DNA of 57,006 bases from Octopus bimaculoides (GCF_001194135.2 NC_068987.1:16604055-16661060), one strand, 5' to 3'; positions 24,796 through 38,565 are shown, counted from the first letter of the stretch. Translations and numbers: made by a program. The notes: a model not told the origin generated them from the letters alone.

Positions 24796-26379
24796 AATAT
24801 TTAAGGGTTAATGAAATGTAAGGTTAATGAAATCTAAGGGTTAATGAAAAATAGATTCAAAACACTAGTTTCTTTTCACTCAATTAAGTATTTATACGTA
24901 TGGCAATGTACAATGTGAAACTCTGAAGCTTATGCATTTATTCAAGTGAAAGAATTTCAATCACGTACTAATTTCACTGGGATATTGTCTCTTAGTTCAA
25001 ACAATTCACTACTGTTAAATATTAATATATGCCACATCAAGTAATTTTTTTCTGTATTTAAAAAAAAAATCTCAAGAAGAAATTTTTAACCGACTATATT
25101 CGTCATATTTTCAGGTTATAGCTCAGATAGAAGTGTCTGTATTCTTTGGAGATGCTTCAGTAACACGTTCTTTTTCACACAATCAAATATTCGAATCCAT
25201 CTTACAAAAATGAATTTTAAAAAATAGCAGCAGCGTTGGATTAAATATTAAAATTCTACAAAGCAATTGCTTAAATGAGATTTAAAATTTTACTCTAAAG
25301 AAATCGCCTGTAATTGTTGTGAAGTTTTTATTCTCACTCACTAAGCTCTTTATTTTCTTAATTTTAAAAGAACAGCATTAAATCTTTTATATCAACAAGA
25401 TGTCACACGTAAGAGCATTAAGGCTTTGACGACATTTATTCTATATTCAGGTCTCCTGTGGTGTGTGAGCTCCTTTAGTTAGTAGAAGAAAAAGGTTATG
25501 GCAGGAAAATAGCGACCAGCAAAATTGTAATCTAAATAAATTATATTTTTCATCAGAAATAAGAACTAAAATATTTCCTCGAAATAATTTTTTTCAGAAT
25601 TCTAAACCCCCAAATTGAAAAATTTCATAATGTATGATATCAACGAAATAAACACTATTAAACATTCCTCTGCTAAGAAAAGAACTGATGATAAAGGTTC
25701 GCCCGCCATATTTTACTAGGCAACGTATAATGAAGTTTGTGGCTGGTTAAATTAAAAAAATGTAAACATCTGCAGAAGAATGTTGAAAGGTAATAAAATA
25801 TTGACATAGCTAATATATAAGGCAGTCAATAAGGTCATTGTGCTTAATAAATATATAACCAAGGCTCTTAAAAGAATTCATACATTATACACGTTGAACA
25901 GGCGTGGAAGTAAAATAAAACAGACGGTAAACAATCATGACGAAGAAAACCTTTGAGTATTTTCTGTTCTATTTTTCAGTTCCAAAGTGAATATCTTCAT
26001 CTTCGACTCAATACTGAAAGCTAACTAAGTATTCATAAGTTATACAATGCTGCTTGCTGCCAACTCAGCTAGAATGCACCAACATATGGAACCAATTTGT
26101 TGTTTGGCGTTATGAGTTAATGCATATCAAATGCTTTGGCGTAGAACGAAAAACAGGATTAGTAACAAACAAACTGTAACCCTTTAAATCAGTAGTTCGA
26201 TATCCACTCGAGTTAGCCACACGATATCCTATATCGGAACTAAAAGCAAAAATAGTTATTTACCTTTAAAGATGAAACCAAAACCGTTCAAGATTTTAGC
26301 TGATATAACAATCAAGTTATTCACTAAATATATAATGAATATTCCCATCCTTATAGTCAAGGGTCCGGGGGTTGAAATA

Positions 26380-26620
26380 CAACCATCATTCTTCACATCC
26401 ATTCGCAGGGTCATCAGATTCTCTTTGAGATAAATAGGGTCAGTGAGCCCTTGACTTCTCCTCCAACCCAGTTTACTGTCATGATAGATTTCTTTGCCTC
26501 TTTTCAGGAATTCACAGGCAGCGATGGTTTGTGCTAGTTGTTCTAGACTTTGCCTCCCACTCACCTAGATATAGCGCCGGTGTAGCTATGTACATAGGAT
26601 CGTCCTCATTTTGCGTCATG
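26380..26620 (-). mobile_element. Possible RTE-like 5'UTR relic
   Basis: Minus strand GATCCTATG...AGCTACACCGGCG and GGGTTGGAGG...GGGCTCACTGACCCT resemble the layout of RTE 5'UTRs. Weak similarity. Confidence 0.3.
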
Positions 26621-27579
26621 TTTTAACAAAAGCCAAGATGTGCTTTACACCTAGTGGTCTTACAGCACACCGTATATTAAACTGGAATTTCTAAAGCTCT
26701 CCGTTAATGAAAAATAGTCGTTGACCTTATGTTAGGTACATCCGTCCTTTTGACAGGTGTTGTTTTTGTCCTGTCGGGTTTCTAACAATCATGCTAACCA
26801 TGAAGGCCTGATCAGTGTGAGGCAGTTTAGCTGCCGATGAGCCGACCGTGCAACAGGTAACGGACATGATGTTACTAGATCTTTCAAAATTCGATGCAGT
26901 TTGACTCTTAACTTAAAGACGTTTACAATATCACATCCATCTAATAGTTAAGAAGACTCGGCCTTTCTTAATTTCGTTTACCAGATGCAAACTGGCGTCT
27001 TAGCATGATTGTTGTTGTTGTTTCTGCTACCATCCTGGTCACCTCTGACCAAACAGAACTATGATCAAAACATCCTAGCCGTGACCATAGAATCTTTCAG
27101 CCAGAGTGCATTCTGACATCACAAAATCTTTATTTGGTCTTTTCTTATGACAGTAGAATGGGAAGATTTGAAGGAAATTTAATAGCTATTTCTAGTACGT
27201 CGAGCAACAACTTAGATGCTCCTCCGTTGACCTGTAATTGGCGTTATTTCTGATGGTGGCGATGGTGGTGGTTGTGGTGGTGGTGGTAATGGAGATGATG
27301 GTGATATTAAAGAAACTGAAATGATTATGATGACAGTTTTTAGTGAAGATGATGAGGTGGAGACGGAACACCTAATGGAGGCGTCGTTACTGATTAAGGA
27401 GAAAGAGGTAAGTGCGAACTGCAAGCAATGAAACAGGAAATCGTTTATAATGTTATTTNNNNNNNNNNNNNNNNNNNNNNNNNNNNNNNNNNNNNNNNNN
27501 NNNNNNNNNNNNNNNNNNNNNNNNNNNNNNNNNNNNNNNNNNNNNNNNNNNNNNNNNNNNNNNNNNNNNNNNNNNNNNN

Positions 27580-27613
<34 letters not shown>

Positions 27614-28464
27614 ACGAACGACAATGAAGAACTTATTCCATTACTTAGTGTAAATGATATACAACAGCATGGCTAAGGATATTCAAATGTAACATCCATT
27701 ACTTTCAAAATGATAATAACAATAATGAAGATAATGACTAAACATTAAAACCATCACCACCACAACAGCAGCTAGAACAACAACAACAACAACAACAATA
27801 ATAATAATAATAACAATAATAATAATGTGAATGGTGTAGCAGTAGGACTAAGGATATTGAAATGTAACAGTCATTACTTCAAACGCTTTTCGCCCTTTGA
27901 AGAAAGACGTGCTCCTATTACTTAGATAATACGTTTTAGGTCATTTCCTATTTTAAATTGCTCTCCAACAACTCCACATCATGTAATTGGCAATTTAAAC
28001 AGTCAATTCTACAAGACAATTCCTTAATTGGTGCCAGTTTATAAAGATTCAGTAAGATTTGATTGTGAATGTGCACTTGTTTAATCGTATCTCTTATAAA
28101 GACTTTTCTAAAAATTTATTTATTTATTCATTTAATTGAACCTTCTGTTAAATGCCGAAATGTGAAGGGGATTTAGAGATAGAGATTACCTATACTTTGC
28201 AGCTGCTATATTATTACTATAACAACTTAGTGTCTTCAGACTATTAAGCCCATCACTTTTGTGTTGTTTTTCAGCTAGTGGAAAGAAGCAGTAGTTCGCA
28301 GAGTTTCAACTACAACCGGTACGAAAAGTAACTCGCCCCTCAGGGCTTTGTTTGCAATAAAATTCCACTCCTTTCTATAAGTTATCAGTTGAAAACTTTG
28401 CTCGATATATTCAATCCCTAGCGCGCGCACACATACACACACATATGCGTGTGTGTGCACGTGC

Positions 28465-28503
<39 letters not shown>

Positions 28504-28598
28504 AATGTCTGTCTATCTGTCTGTTCGTCCATCTGTCTGCCTCCCCGCTCTCTCCCCTTCTACTTCGTTCTCTCTCTCTCTCTCTCCCTACACACACA

Positions 28599-28635
<37 letters not shown>

Positions 28636-29405
28636 ACACACATATATATATATATACGTATACACGCACACACATGTAACCGCGAATGGGAAAATAATTA
28701 TTTATGAAAACCCTTCTATCCGTGTCTTTTTACGCTCATCTCCTTTCCTTAAGCTGCTAAATGAGGCCAAAATCGCCTATGAATATCATGCCACGTGTCT
28801 CGTAGAGTGGACGGCTGTAACACTCCTACACCAGAGAGACTAGCTGCGTTTGAACTCTGGAAAAGGAAGCTTCCATCAGAGAAGCGAGACAGGAAAATTT
28901 GTTTGCTTGCATCGCATTTTGTAGCACAGAGAAATTTGAAAATACGCATTTTTTAATTATTTATATGAATTTGCTCTCTAATCGAGCATTTTCGAGGGTA
29001 ATTTACTTAAAACATAGCAATATAAAATATAGTATCAACAGCAAAAGACTCGCTCAACATTTTATCAAATTAACAGTTAAAACCGACGTCATCATGTATC
29101 GCAGAGTATATCAGAAATTATGTAAGCGATGAGCAGAAGAAATTTTTCTGAAAAACCAACGTGGGCAGTGAGTTGAAAGTATCGTCCTATAATTCCTTGG
29201 CATTATGTTCAGTCCGTTGCACAGTAGTACTGTGGAACTTACCAAAACAATTTTAATCAGCTCAGTTTCTTTGTTGAAATCATCAACAGTTAAGATAAAA
29301 ACAATTATCAAATCTTCAAAGAAATGTTTGAGATTACTGCAGTAGTAGTCGCCAAGTACTGAACGCTATATATATATATAACTTATAACACGTACGTGTA
29401 TACAT

Positions 29406-29438
<33 letters not shown>

Positions 29439-30689
29439 NNNNNNNNNNNNNNNNNNNNNNNNNNNNNNNNNNNNNNNNNNNNNNNNNNNNNNNNNNNNNN
29501 NNNNNNNNNNNNNNNNNNNNNNNNNNNNNNNNNNNNNNNNNNNNNNNNNNNNNNNNNNNNNNNNNNNNNNNNNNNNNNNNNNNNNNNNNNNNNNNNNNNN
29601 NNNNNNNNNNNNNNNNNNNNNNNNNNNNNNNNNNNNNNNNNNNNNNNNNNNNNNNNNNNNNNNNNNNNNNNNNNNNNNNNNNNNNNNNNNNNNNNNNNNN
29701 NNNNNNNNNNNNNNNNNNNNNNNNNNNNNNNNNNNNNNNNNNNNNNNNNNNNNNNNNNNNNNNNNNNNNNNNNNNNNNNNNNNNNNNNNNNNNNNNNNNN
29801 NNNNNNNNNNNNNNNNNNNNNNNNNNNNNNNNNNNNNNNNNNNNNNNNNNNNNNNNNNNNNNNNNNNNNNNNNNNNNNNNNNNNNNNNNNNNNNCATGCG
29901 TACACACACACAAACACAGACACACACACATATCTTTGTGTCTGTGTGTATTCGATTAGAGTGCTCGGGGGAACTTTAGCACTTGGTGAATGCACGCATG
30001 TGGTGATGGAGTAAGGAAGCAGGAGAAAACTTTTCAGAGACGTTCTCTTCCTTTGTAGGCATAATAGAAGCACACAGAATTTTCTGCCTTACACACACAC
30101 ACACACACACACATATATTTGTGTGTGTGTGTGTGGTGAATTTATCGCCTGTTTTGTTTCCAAACTTCACACGGCTTACAAACAACAAAACATTTTTGAA
30201 ATTCTTTTTCTCCATCTCTCTTGCACATCCATCAAGTGTGAAAATTCCTCCAAGCACTCCAGTCTAACACATTCATAGTTACGTACATACACGTTCACAC
30301 ATACGTATATACGTATATCATTCATATATATTATGCATTTGTGTATCACAGAACCTCTGAAACTTGCAGCTGGTCTGTTTATCCCCTTGTAAAAGTAGCT
30401 TTACTAACAAAATTCTATTACACCTAACAATATAAATACCAAGACGCTATAAGAAGCTCCTTTACTTATTAAACTATAACAAGTCCTGCCTACATTTAAT
30501 TGTAATTTTTTCACACAATAAAACTACTCAGAATTTCTTCTTTACTCCATTAACTTTTCAACTATGAAAGTATATTGACCAAATATGGAAACTTCTCCTT
30601 ATTCGACAGAAATCACCTCAACCTATCAGATGTAGGTGCCATATCTCTTACAGATCACATATCACCATCTAAAATTAGCGAAAACATAA

Positions 30690-30910
30690 TGGAGTATTTA
30701 CTGGTAAATATTTCCTAAACAGATACCATGGAATCTTTTTCTTTTTCCAAATCCACAGAAACATGCTGAGGAATGAATCCCAATATTGGAGACCAATTGG
30801 ACTCTTCCAACTCCTTCCGCTTCCTATACCATTGAAGAAAAAAAAATCATAAATATCCATCAAATTCATCTCCAGCTTCTCATTCTCTTCAGTGAGAACC
30901 AGCATGGTCT
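30690..30910 (-). mobile_element. Possible decayed CR1/L2 reverse-transcriptase fragment
   Basis: Frameshifted translation NEKLEMNLMDI...QWYRKRKELEESNWSPILG loosely resembles the L-x-x-DL-x-x-I-x-x-W ... LEES...LG region of CR1/L2 RT. Needs a search to confirm. Confidence 0.3.
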
Positions 30911-32384
30911 GTTTTGAAGAACGAGAGCTACCGAGAACTTAGTCTTATATATATCTAACCCATCAGTGACTTCCCGCCATTTAGCTATCCAAACAAAGCT
31001 ACTAATTTTGTTTATAGTGAAAATCCACTAGGGGGCTACTAACTCTATTTCTTTAGATTGGAAATGTTCTGCCAGATGATTTCCACTGCAATGCAAAAAA
31101 ACGACTTGTATAGGATCCACGTTATGTCTTCCACACTGTCTACACACACACGCACACACACGCGCACACACACAGACACACTCACACACACATGCAAAAT
31201 AAACAGAGCGAGAATAAAAACTCGTGGATTTAGCGGTCAAGCACGAATTTACCGCAACATATCTTCAGATGAAAGGATGAGCCTATGTGAGCAGAAGACT
31301 ATGCTTGGATATGTTAGTAGAAAGGTCCGCGATGATAACAACATCGATCATCAAAGCAGAGGAATAAGGAAATTCCATATATAATCAAGAAAACGAGTGT
31401 AATTGTAAAAGAACACAAATCTGTCTTATCAGTGAAAAGTACGTACAGAAAGGAAATATCTATAAGACTCATATGAAATCTCAAGCGAATAACAGAGAAA
31501 TATAAGAAAAATTATTGACCTGAGTAAAGGCAGCTATAAGCAGCTTCTTCAATCGTAGTGTATTTTACCCGAATGTAGAAGAGAGAGAACGTAACAGCTT
31601 TATCTTACAATGTGTATAGCATAAGAGAGAACGATGTATGAACTATTTCCACATCCACTGATTAATGATCAAATATATCACTCCCTATATAAATGAAAAA
31701 ACAACAAAAAAAAATAACAACAGCTAAAAAAAGCACATAAGTACGAAAGGAAAGTACCTTAAAGAGAAAGAAGGCGATCACAAAGAAAGAGCCTTATTGA
31801 TCTATCGGACATACCCAAATATAAGCAAACGCAAGTTTACAATATGGCCTCTTGCAGCCTCGAACACTAATAGTAATTCCATTAATATTTGAAGCATTTC
31901 TACGTGCTTATATCTTCAGAAGATTGCTTCTTCAGCGAGAAATTTTAAATAATGGAAAAGTTACCAACATCAACAATACTATATGATAATGATAATGGTA
32001 CATTTACTTTTACTAGTATACGGCCATATTTGTATGTGTTTGAATCTAGTTATACGAACGTCACAATAACTTGCAAACATACTTATATAATCCCATACGC
32101 ATATATTTGTCTCAGTAGGTATTTACACACATACACACACACAAATATGCGTATGTCCAAGTATATATATATGATAATTTTCAGGAATATAATATTAATG
32201 CAACGATTTAGTATTCAGAACAGCGAACATTTCTTGACAGATAAATGTGACAAACTATATTGGATACCGTGTTTGTTTTTCTTCTGTCAGTAAATATTAA
32301 TATAATCAATTGGTAATATTAATTAATAACATTAATAATATCAATATCGTAGATAGACAAAAGGTCATACATGTTGAAAGATGG

Positions 32385-32560
32385 CACAGTCATTTACATC
32401 GACTCTAGTACTTGAGCGGCATTTATTTTATTCCCACCAGACAGATTAAAAGCGAAGTCTATCAAATCGGGTCTGATTTAACCTCAAAATTTAAAGGGAT
32501 GTAGCTTTGTTCTTTTCTTTGTCCGGTGCTCTGCCGAATCTGACGCCCAACGCGTATCGT
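32385..32560 (-). mobile_element. SINE family A, highly degenerate
   Basis: TTACATCGACTCTAGTACTTGAGCGGCATTTATTTTAT...AAAAGCGAAGTC. Confidence 0.5.
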
Positions 32561-33299
32561 TGATTACAATAATATTAATAGGAATAAATTTTCAGAGACG
32601 TGAGATATAAGATATACCGGGAGTATAGACTAGCCTTGCCCTCTACATGGTGCCAATTTTTTATGGTAGTCATTTCAAATTTCATGCACAATTAATAGTT
32701 TGAGGAAAGCATATACATAAAAGGATCGAATATATTTTCTTCTGTATCATAAGGTTATCTTTTGAGCATATTTATTCTATGGAGTTGGCGTGAATTCGTT
32801 GAATCATTAGATTATCACTGAATTCATAATCTTCTTGTAGAATTCTTAAGATGGCTTACACTAATACACCATTACCAAAACAATATTCAAAGTAGAATTT
32901 AAACTTGGTGCTTCAAAACCAACGAAACAGTTTGGTGCGATACATACGTGTAGCGTTTGTAGGGGTGCCTATTTACGTTTAGGTAGACTGAGTTTTCGAC
33001 CGTGGGTACATTATGAAAGAGGCTGGAGAAAACTCCGTCGTTAACTGTTATGCTACCAACTCATTAAGCTGCAATGGTTACATTATTGGTAGATAGTAGT
33101 AGAAATCAGCCTCTTTAAGCTGGTATAAATATCAATATTCTTTGTAATACTGAAAAAAAAACCCCCAAATAAATTAAACACCGAATTCTGGTCTATTTTT
33201 CTGGCTCCAAATTAGATTAGAATTAGGCTAGCTGTCTTCAATATCGCCTCTAATGATAGAAATGCACTTTAAATTGCTACGGACATCATATTTCGACAG

Positions 33300-33665
33300 C
33301 GTATGTTCATAATTTTGGTTATTATGTGCCAGTGGAGCTTAAGCTCTTGGTAGGGCCTCCCGTACAAAACAAATCAAAGGATAAAGACCAGACTAAAACG
33401 GACTACCTGTTATTAGAGGAAGAAATGTATTTGTGTAGGGTCAGTACCTTCACCTGGAAAAAGCAAAGTTACAGAAGCATCGATGACAATTAAAAAATAA
33501 CAAGAGCTGAGAGACGAAAGCCTTCCCTGAAGGTGCAGCAAAATCAGTGATAAGGAGGCAAGATCTAACTGAAGAGAAGCAGAAAAGGTAGTCTAGAGTC
33601 GATAGGAAGGGAAAAAACTAGTCGATGGCTTATGCTGCATAAGGAGCGAAGGGGCGTAAGTTATA
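33300..33665 (+). mobile_element. Non-autonomous RTE-clade derivative, second copy (about 360 bp, uninterrupted)
   Basis: 5'UTR GCTCTTGGTAGGGCCTCCC...ATCAAAGG...CCAGACTAAA. AAAGCAAAGTTACAGAAGCATCGATGACAATT (33460-33491) is identical to 17914-17945. The 3' part reads SN*REAEKVV*SR...KLVDGLCCIRSEG. Confidence 0.75.
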
Positions 33666-34594
33666 AAGTAATAATAAAGATATTTCTAGAAGATCTACTT
33701 CTGTTCTAATTCTTAAGTATCTCTTCATATCAGATCTAAGTGAAACACTTAAAAAAACTTATATGGGAGTCACTATATTGACTGCTACTGTTTAAAATTT
33801 GGTGGACTGAACTATTCAATATTACGTGTATCAGGAATATTTACAACGTACAACCAGTGACAAAATAGGAACCATTGTAATATTCAAAGAGTGATTTTAT
33901 CTTCTCGGTCAATCATAACTTTTACTTTCCTACAATTAGTAAGCTATACATTTCGGGGTGACAAAGGTCGTCTCCCTCTACAAGCTACATCGTTCATAAT
34001 CAAGCTAGCCATTCATTGAAAATTAAAATAGAAATGGTCTTTTGAACTTCAAGAAAAAAATAAAGCAAAATGTACGTTAGAGACTTAAAAATAATGTTAC
34101 GAAAATAAAGTAAATATGAAAAGAGAAATAATTAAATAAAAACAGAAAAAATGACACGAATAAGACTTCAATTGAATTTTGAAATGGCAGAATGATGAAG
34201 AATACAGAAGAACAGCCTCTTGGCATCACAAAAAGGAGATAACACAGCTGAGAAATTTTAATTAATAATAATTGTGAAACTATTCTAAAGTCATGAGACA
34301 AAAGCAAAAATGAAAAAGCGAAGAAAAAGCGAAAAAAAAAAAAAAAATCACTAAGTTATTTAAAAGTTTCTTCGTCTACAATAGATCTTTTTTTTTTCTT
34401 TTACTTAAGTATAATCTAATTTTCATCGTGTAGTGGAAATAAAAAGAAACGAATGCTGAAATAACTTTTTCAATCGCCGGTTGAATGATTTTCTCTATCA
34501 ACTTTTCCATGAAGTTTAAAAATGAAAAAAAAAAAAAAGAAAATAACTAAAAAAAAATTATAACAAGCCGTTGGAAGGTTGTATATTTTAATGG

Positions 34595-34745
34595 TTTCAG
34601 ATATAGGCACAAGGCCAACAATTTAGAGGGGAGGGGACGAAATCAAGATAATTGACCCCAGTTCTTGCCTGGTATATTATTTTGTCGACTTCGAAAGGAT
34701 GAAGCGCAAAATCGACTAAGGTGGGACTTGAACTCAGAAAGTAAT
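34595..34745 (-). mobile_element. SINE family A, 5'-truncated
   Basis: AGGCACAAGGCC...GACCCCAG...GTCGACTTCGAAAGGATGAAGCGCAAAATCGAC...TTGAACTCAGAA. Confidence 0.8.
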
Positions 34746-35090
34746 GTGCGTGTGTGAGTGTGTGTGTGTGTGTGATTTACCTTTCCTTAGTTAAGAAATA
34801 TTAATTCCATTGATTATTTTTTTTGTTAAGAAAAAGCACAATCAGCGATTATCCCCCTTCAGCTATATTCTCTACTGCAAAAACTGTAACATACCTGGTT
34901 CTACGCAAGATCAAATAAAAAAACTTATTAGGGTTTCATAACATTGTCATGATTAGCGAAGCGAAACCGGTTGACTTTGTACATATTGTAATGGATTAAA
35001 AGATCTTTATCCACACAAACAAGATTTCTGTGCTTTTTCACCTTAATTCTTATCTTATTTTTACAAGGTGGAATCTCCCCGCGAATTTTT

Positions 35091-35122
<32 letters not shown>

Positions 35123-35448
35123 CACAACACTTATGCTTGCGAACCGAGTAGAACACGCTTTGTTGAAGAGATTTAATAGGACCAAAACGTACATTGCTTT
35201 CACTAATTCGCTTTAAATCTCACATCTACTCCTATCATGTCTGTATTTTTAATAAATTCAAAATAATTTAACTTGAGTTATTTCTCTTGCTTGTAGTTTC
35301 TTTAGATTTTTGAACACATTTAGAAGGAAATTACATTTATATTTAATATTCAAAACACATCTTTGAGATAGTTACCTCTCATCCATAACGTACGTTACAA
35401 AGCAAGGTGGGATCTTAGTATAACAATGTTATTTAATAAAGAAGTCTG

Positions 35449-35730
35449 TTGTTTTAGGAAGATTTGTCGATTAGCCCAAATAGATCAAATAATAATCTTG
35501 ATAATTTCACAGTGACACCCATATATCTTAGTTAATATCACTGACATAAGTCAATTCATAGATTTTGACACAGCCAGTCATGAGTATCTGGACGGGTGGC
35601 GTGACGTCGTCCTAGATTATATTTATGGAATGCTGACTTACTTGAGAATAAAAGCAGCCTTTGTCTTTTCATAAAAATCCAGTCAAAAAATATAAAACTG
35701 AATGGAATTCCTAACAAGCGTTTGCGTTTT
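35449..35730 (+). repeat. About 280-bp direct repeat, copy 1 (copy 2 at 37337-37622)
   Basis: CATAGATTTTGACACAGCCA (35557 and 37445) and TATCTGGACGGGTGGCGTGA (35585 and 37473) are identical at offset 1888. Confidence 0.9.
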
Positions 35731-36494
35731 AATAGACACCTTTATCTTATATGCTTCACTGATTCTCTACAAAGACGAGAAACTGAATAAATGAAGTAGG
35801 CACCGTAAGCAATTATTATTTTCATGATCTATTAACTGCAGATCTATTTAACAAGCTGTAAGTTTCTATATACTCAAATTTGCAAGCTTTAAAGTAGAAT
35901 AATCAGAAGGAACTATTCGAATATTTAAAGTTATGTTTTATAATGGTAATAAAGCAAGAGAGATAAATGTCGCTAGAGATTACATATTTGAAGTGAAAAT
36001 AAGCGAAGGGAATCTTATGATCGATACTATTATGTCACTGTAATGTAGGGCAAATAAGCTATTGAAGCAGTTTGTCAATTATAATGCTACTGCTATTCAA
36101 ATGGCAAATCACCTCGTATATGTAACTTCTTTATAACTCTGTGATATCATTCTCTTTACCGTATTCGGAGATTGACACTTACAAGGCTTAAAATGGCATA
36201 ATTTCGTCCATAGAATCCATTAGATTAAACCAGATATGTTGTCCTTGGAATAGTAACCTCAATAAAAACTTGCATTCTAACTAGTCGAGGTGAGGAATTA
36301 TCGTTATTATATAATTTACATAAGCTACTTCACATCTGTAGACGGTCAGAGTTAACAACAAACTACAAATTAAGAGTCAAAATGGGAAGTTATAGCATCT
36401 ATATTAGTAGCATTTTGTCATTCGTGACCATCTTTCTTTTCCTCTACGACGTCCTAGGGATTGGACGGCTTCTATCTCTCTCTTCTATCTTGTT

Positions 36495-37218
36495 TCTTAG
36501 CAAAGGAACATGTGTAGCGTGTGATCCTCGCATTGACCATAACAGAGGAAGTTGAGCAGAGAATCTGCATCAAATTTTGCTAAAAGCTTGGCGATACCTG
36601 TTCAGAGGCCTACGTAAGGTTTTCAAAAAGTTTTCATCATTTTCGACTCAATCAAGGAGATCTTGTGCAACTGAAACCCGAGTGTCATTTTGGTCAGCTG
36701 AAAGCAGTTTTGGCACACACTTGGCAGACATGCGTCTCATATCCAAATCTTCAGTGATAATCTATTGAACTGAATCGTAACTAATCTGCACATCTTCTGA
36801 TAAGACACGGATGCTGATTCGACGATTTCTCCTCAAAGCTGCACGCACATCTGCGATGTTTTTCTCAGTTTATCTGGTTGCGTATCTCACAGAACGTTCA
36901 TCAATATCGACATCTGAACCACTCGTACTCTTGTGTGCGAATCATGCACTCCTCTCCGTACATTTTCTGCAACTTTGCGTAGGCCTCTGAGCAGGTATCG
37001 CCATGACAACTTTCTCTGACATGGTCAATGCAACAATCACACGCTACATACCTTCTTTCCAAGCACTTCTGTAAACGGCAGAAGTGAACTATGACGTTAA
37101 AACTTAGTGCACATGCATAGCAGAGGTCAAAGTCAATGGTTTCCAAGCAGCTTCACTCTGTGTGCTTTAGCTTCGTTACTATGGCAACAGTCCGAATACT
37201 TATTGATCATATCTCGTA
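36495..37218 (-). mobile_element. Mariner DNA transposon relic (transposase N-terminus, pseudogenised) with an inverted second arm
   Basis: Minus strand: TA + TIR CGAGATATGATCAATAAGTATTCGGACTG (37216-37188), then GDTCSEAYAKLQKMYGEECMIRTQEYEWFR...RRNRRISIRVLSEDVQISYDSVQ*IITEDLDMRRMSAKCVPKLLSADQNDTRVSVAQDLLD*VENDENFLK. Plus strand 36539-36620: EEVEQRICIKFC*KLGDTCSEAY. Confidence 0.92.
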
Positions 37219-37336
37219 TGAAAGGTTCCGAATTAGGTGAAGAAAAAATAATAACACTAGATGATGTAATACTTTTGTTCATCAATAAAGAACACTTCTG
37301 AAACAGCTGTAGTGTTATTTGTTTTTACGAAGTTTG

Positions 37337-37622
37337 TTGTTTGAGAAAGATTTGGCTGTTAAACCAAATAGACCGAAAAACAGTCTTGAGACTCTCACAA
37401 TGACATACATACATCCTAGTTAATATCACCGGTGTAAGTCAATCCATAGATTTTGACACAGCCAATCATGTGTATCTGGACGGGTGGCGTGATGTTGTCC
37501 TAGATTATATTTATATAATGCTGATTTATTCGAAAATAAAAGCAGCCTTCGTTTCTTTCTTATAAAAATCCAGTAAAAAACAACCGTATAAAACTGAATT
37601 GAATTCTTATTAAACGTTTTCT
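37337..37622 (+). repeat. About 280-bp direct repeat, copy 2
   Basis: See 35449-35730. Confidence 0.9.
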
Positions 37623-37632
37623 ATGTGTTATC

Positions 37633-37689
<57 letters not shown>

Positions 37690-37702
37690 CATGTATGTAT
37701 GT

Positions 37703-37975
37703 GAAGGCACATGGCTCAGTGGGTAAAGCACCAGACTTACAATTGTGGTGTTGTGAGTTGGATTCCCTGGACGGGCTGTATGTTGAGTTCTTGTGCAAGA
37801 CACTTTTTTTCAGGTTGTACCATGCTGTACCAGCTTCTGCGCTTCCCTTGGATAACATCGGTGGCGTTATAGGATGGGGGCTGGTCTTTCATACAAGAAA
37901 CTTGCCCGGACTTGTGTCTCAGAGGGAATTTTCTAGGTGCAATCGCATGGTTGATCATGACCAAATGGGGTCTTT
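37703..37975 (+). mobile_element. tRNA-derived SINE family C
   Basis: Head GGCACATGGCTCAGTGGGTAAAGCACC (A box) and GAGTTGGATTCCC (B-box-like), then GTTCTTGTGCAAGACACTTT and a body ending AAATGGGGTCTTTA. Confidence 0.75.
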
Positions 37976-38110
37976 ATGCATACAAAAATATGAAAGTAAG
38001 GCTGAAATAGTAGGCAACACATTGGACAAGTGTTGTCTACCTTAGACCCTGGACATCTAATGCTATGTGAATACATTTGGCAGACAGAAACTCTTTGGAA
38101 GATCTATCTG

Positions 38111-38163
<53 letters not shown>

Positions 38164-38300
38164 GTGTACGTATGTGCATGAATGTATATATATATATAAT
38201 AAGTATATATATATGTGTGTGTGTATGTATTTATATATGTATCTNNNNNNNNNNNNNNNNNNNNNNNNNNNNNNNNNNNNNNNNNNNNNNNNNNNNNNNN

Positions 38301-38337
<37 letters not shown>

Positions 38338-38369
38338 ATATATGTGTGCAGTGTGTTCGCGAGTGTGTG

Positions 38370-38565
38370 TGTTTGTGTATGTAACTTGTATGTGCGTTGA
38401 GCATCTTAACATTTGTGTGAGTCTCACCACTTGACAACTGAAGTTCGGTACAAAAGGAGCCAACAAAATAAACAGCAGCAGCTTTAAAATACACAGTGTG
38501 GTCGATTCGATCGACTAATCCCCTCCCTTTCAAGGCAGTGCCATAGCACAGCTGCTATCCAATGA
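38370..38565 (+). mobile_element. SINE family B, 3' half, degenerate
   Basis: CACCACTTGACAAC...GTCGATTCGATCGACT...GGCAGTGCCATAGCACAGC. Confidence 0.6.

Noticed and set aside
2935-26420. Other CTGANGA matches (e.g. about 2940 -, 10105 +, 25685 +, 26415 -)
   Set aside because: No stem II followed by GAAA, so not hammerheads.
26256-26564. 102-aa minus-strand ORF (MSGRQSLEQLAQ...)
   Set aside because: No recognisable domain, non-ATG start in the sequence, and the region looks more like an RTE 5'UTR relic.
27228-27414. Plus-strand frame DGGDGGG...KEKE ending at AG|GTAAGT
   Set aside because: Derived from GGT/GAT low-complexity sequence, with no acceptor and an in-frame stop just upstream.
31058-31384. 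108-aa ORF
   Set aside because: Crosses a (CA)n tract, with no domain or splice support.
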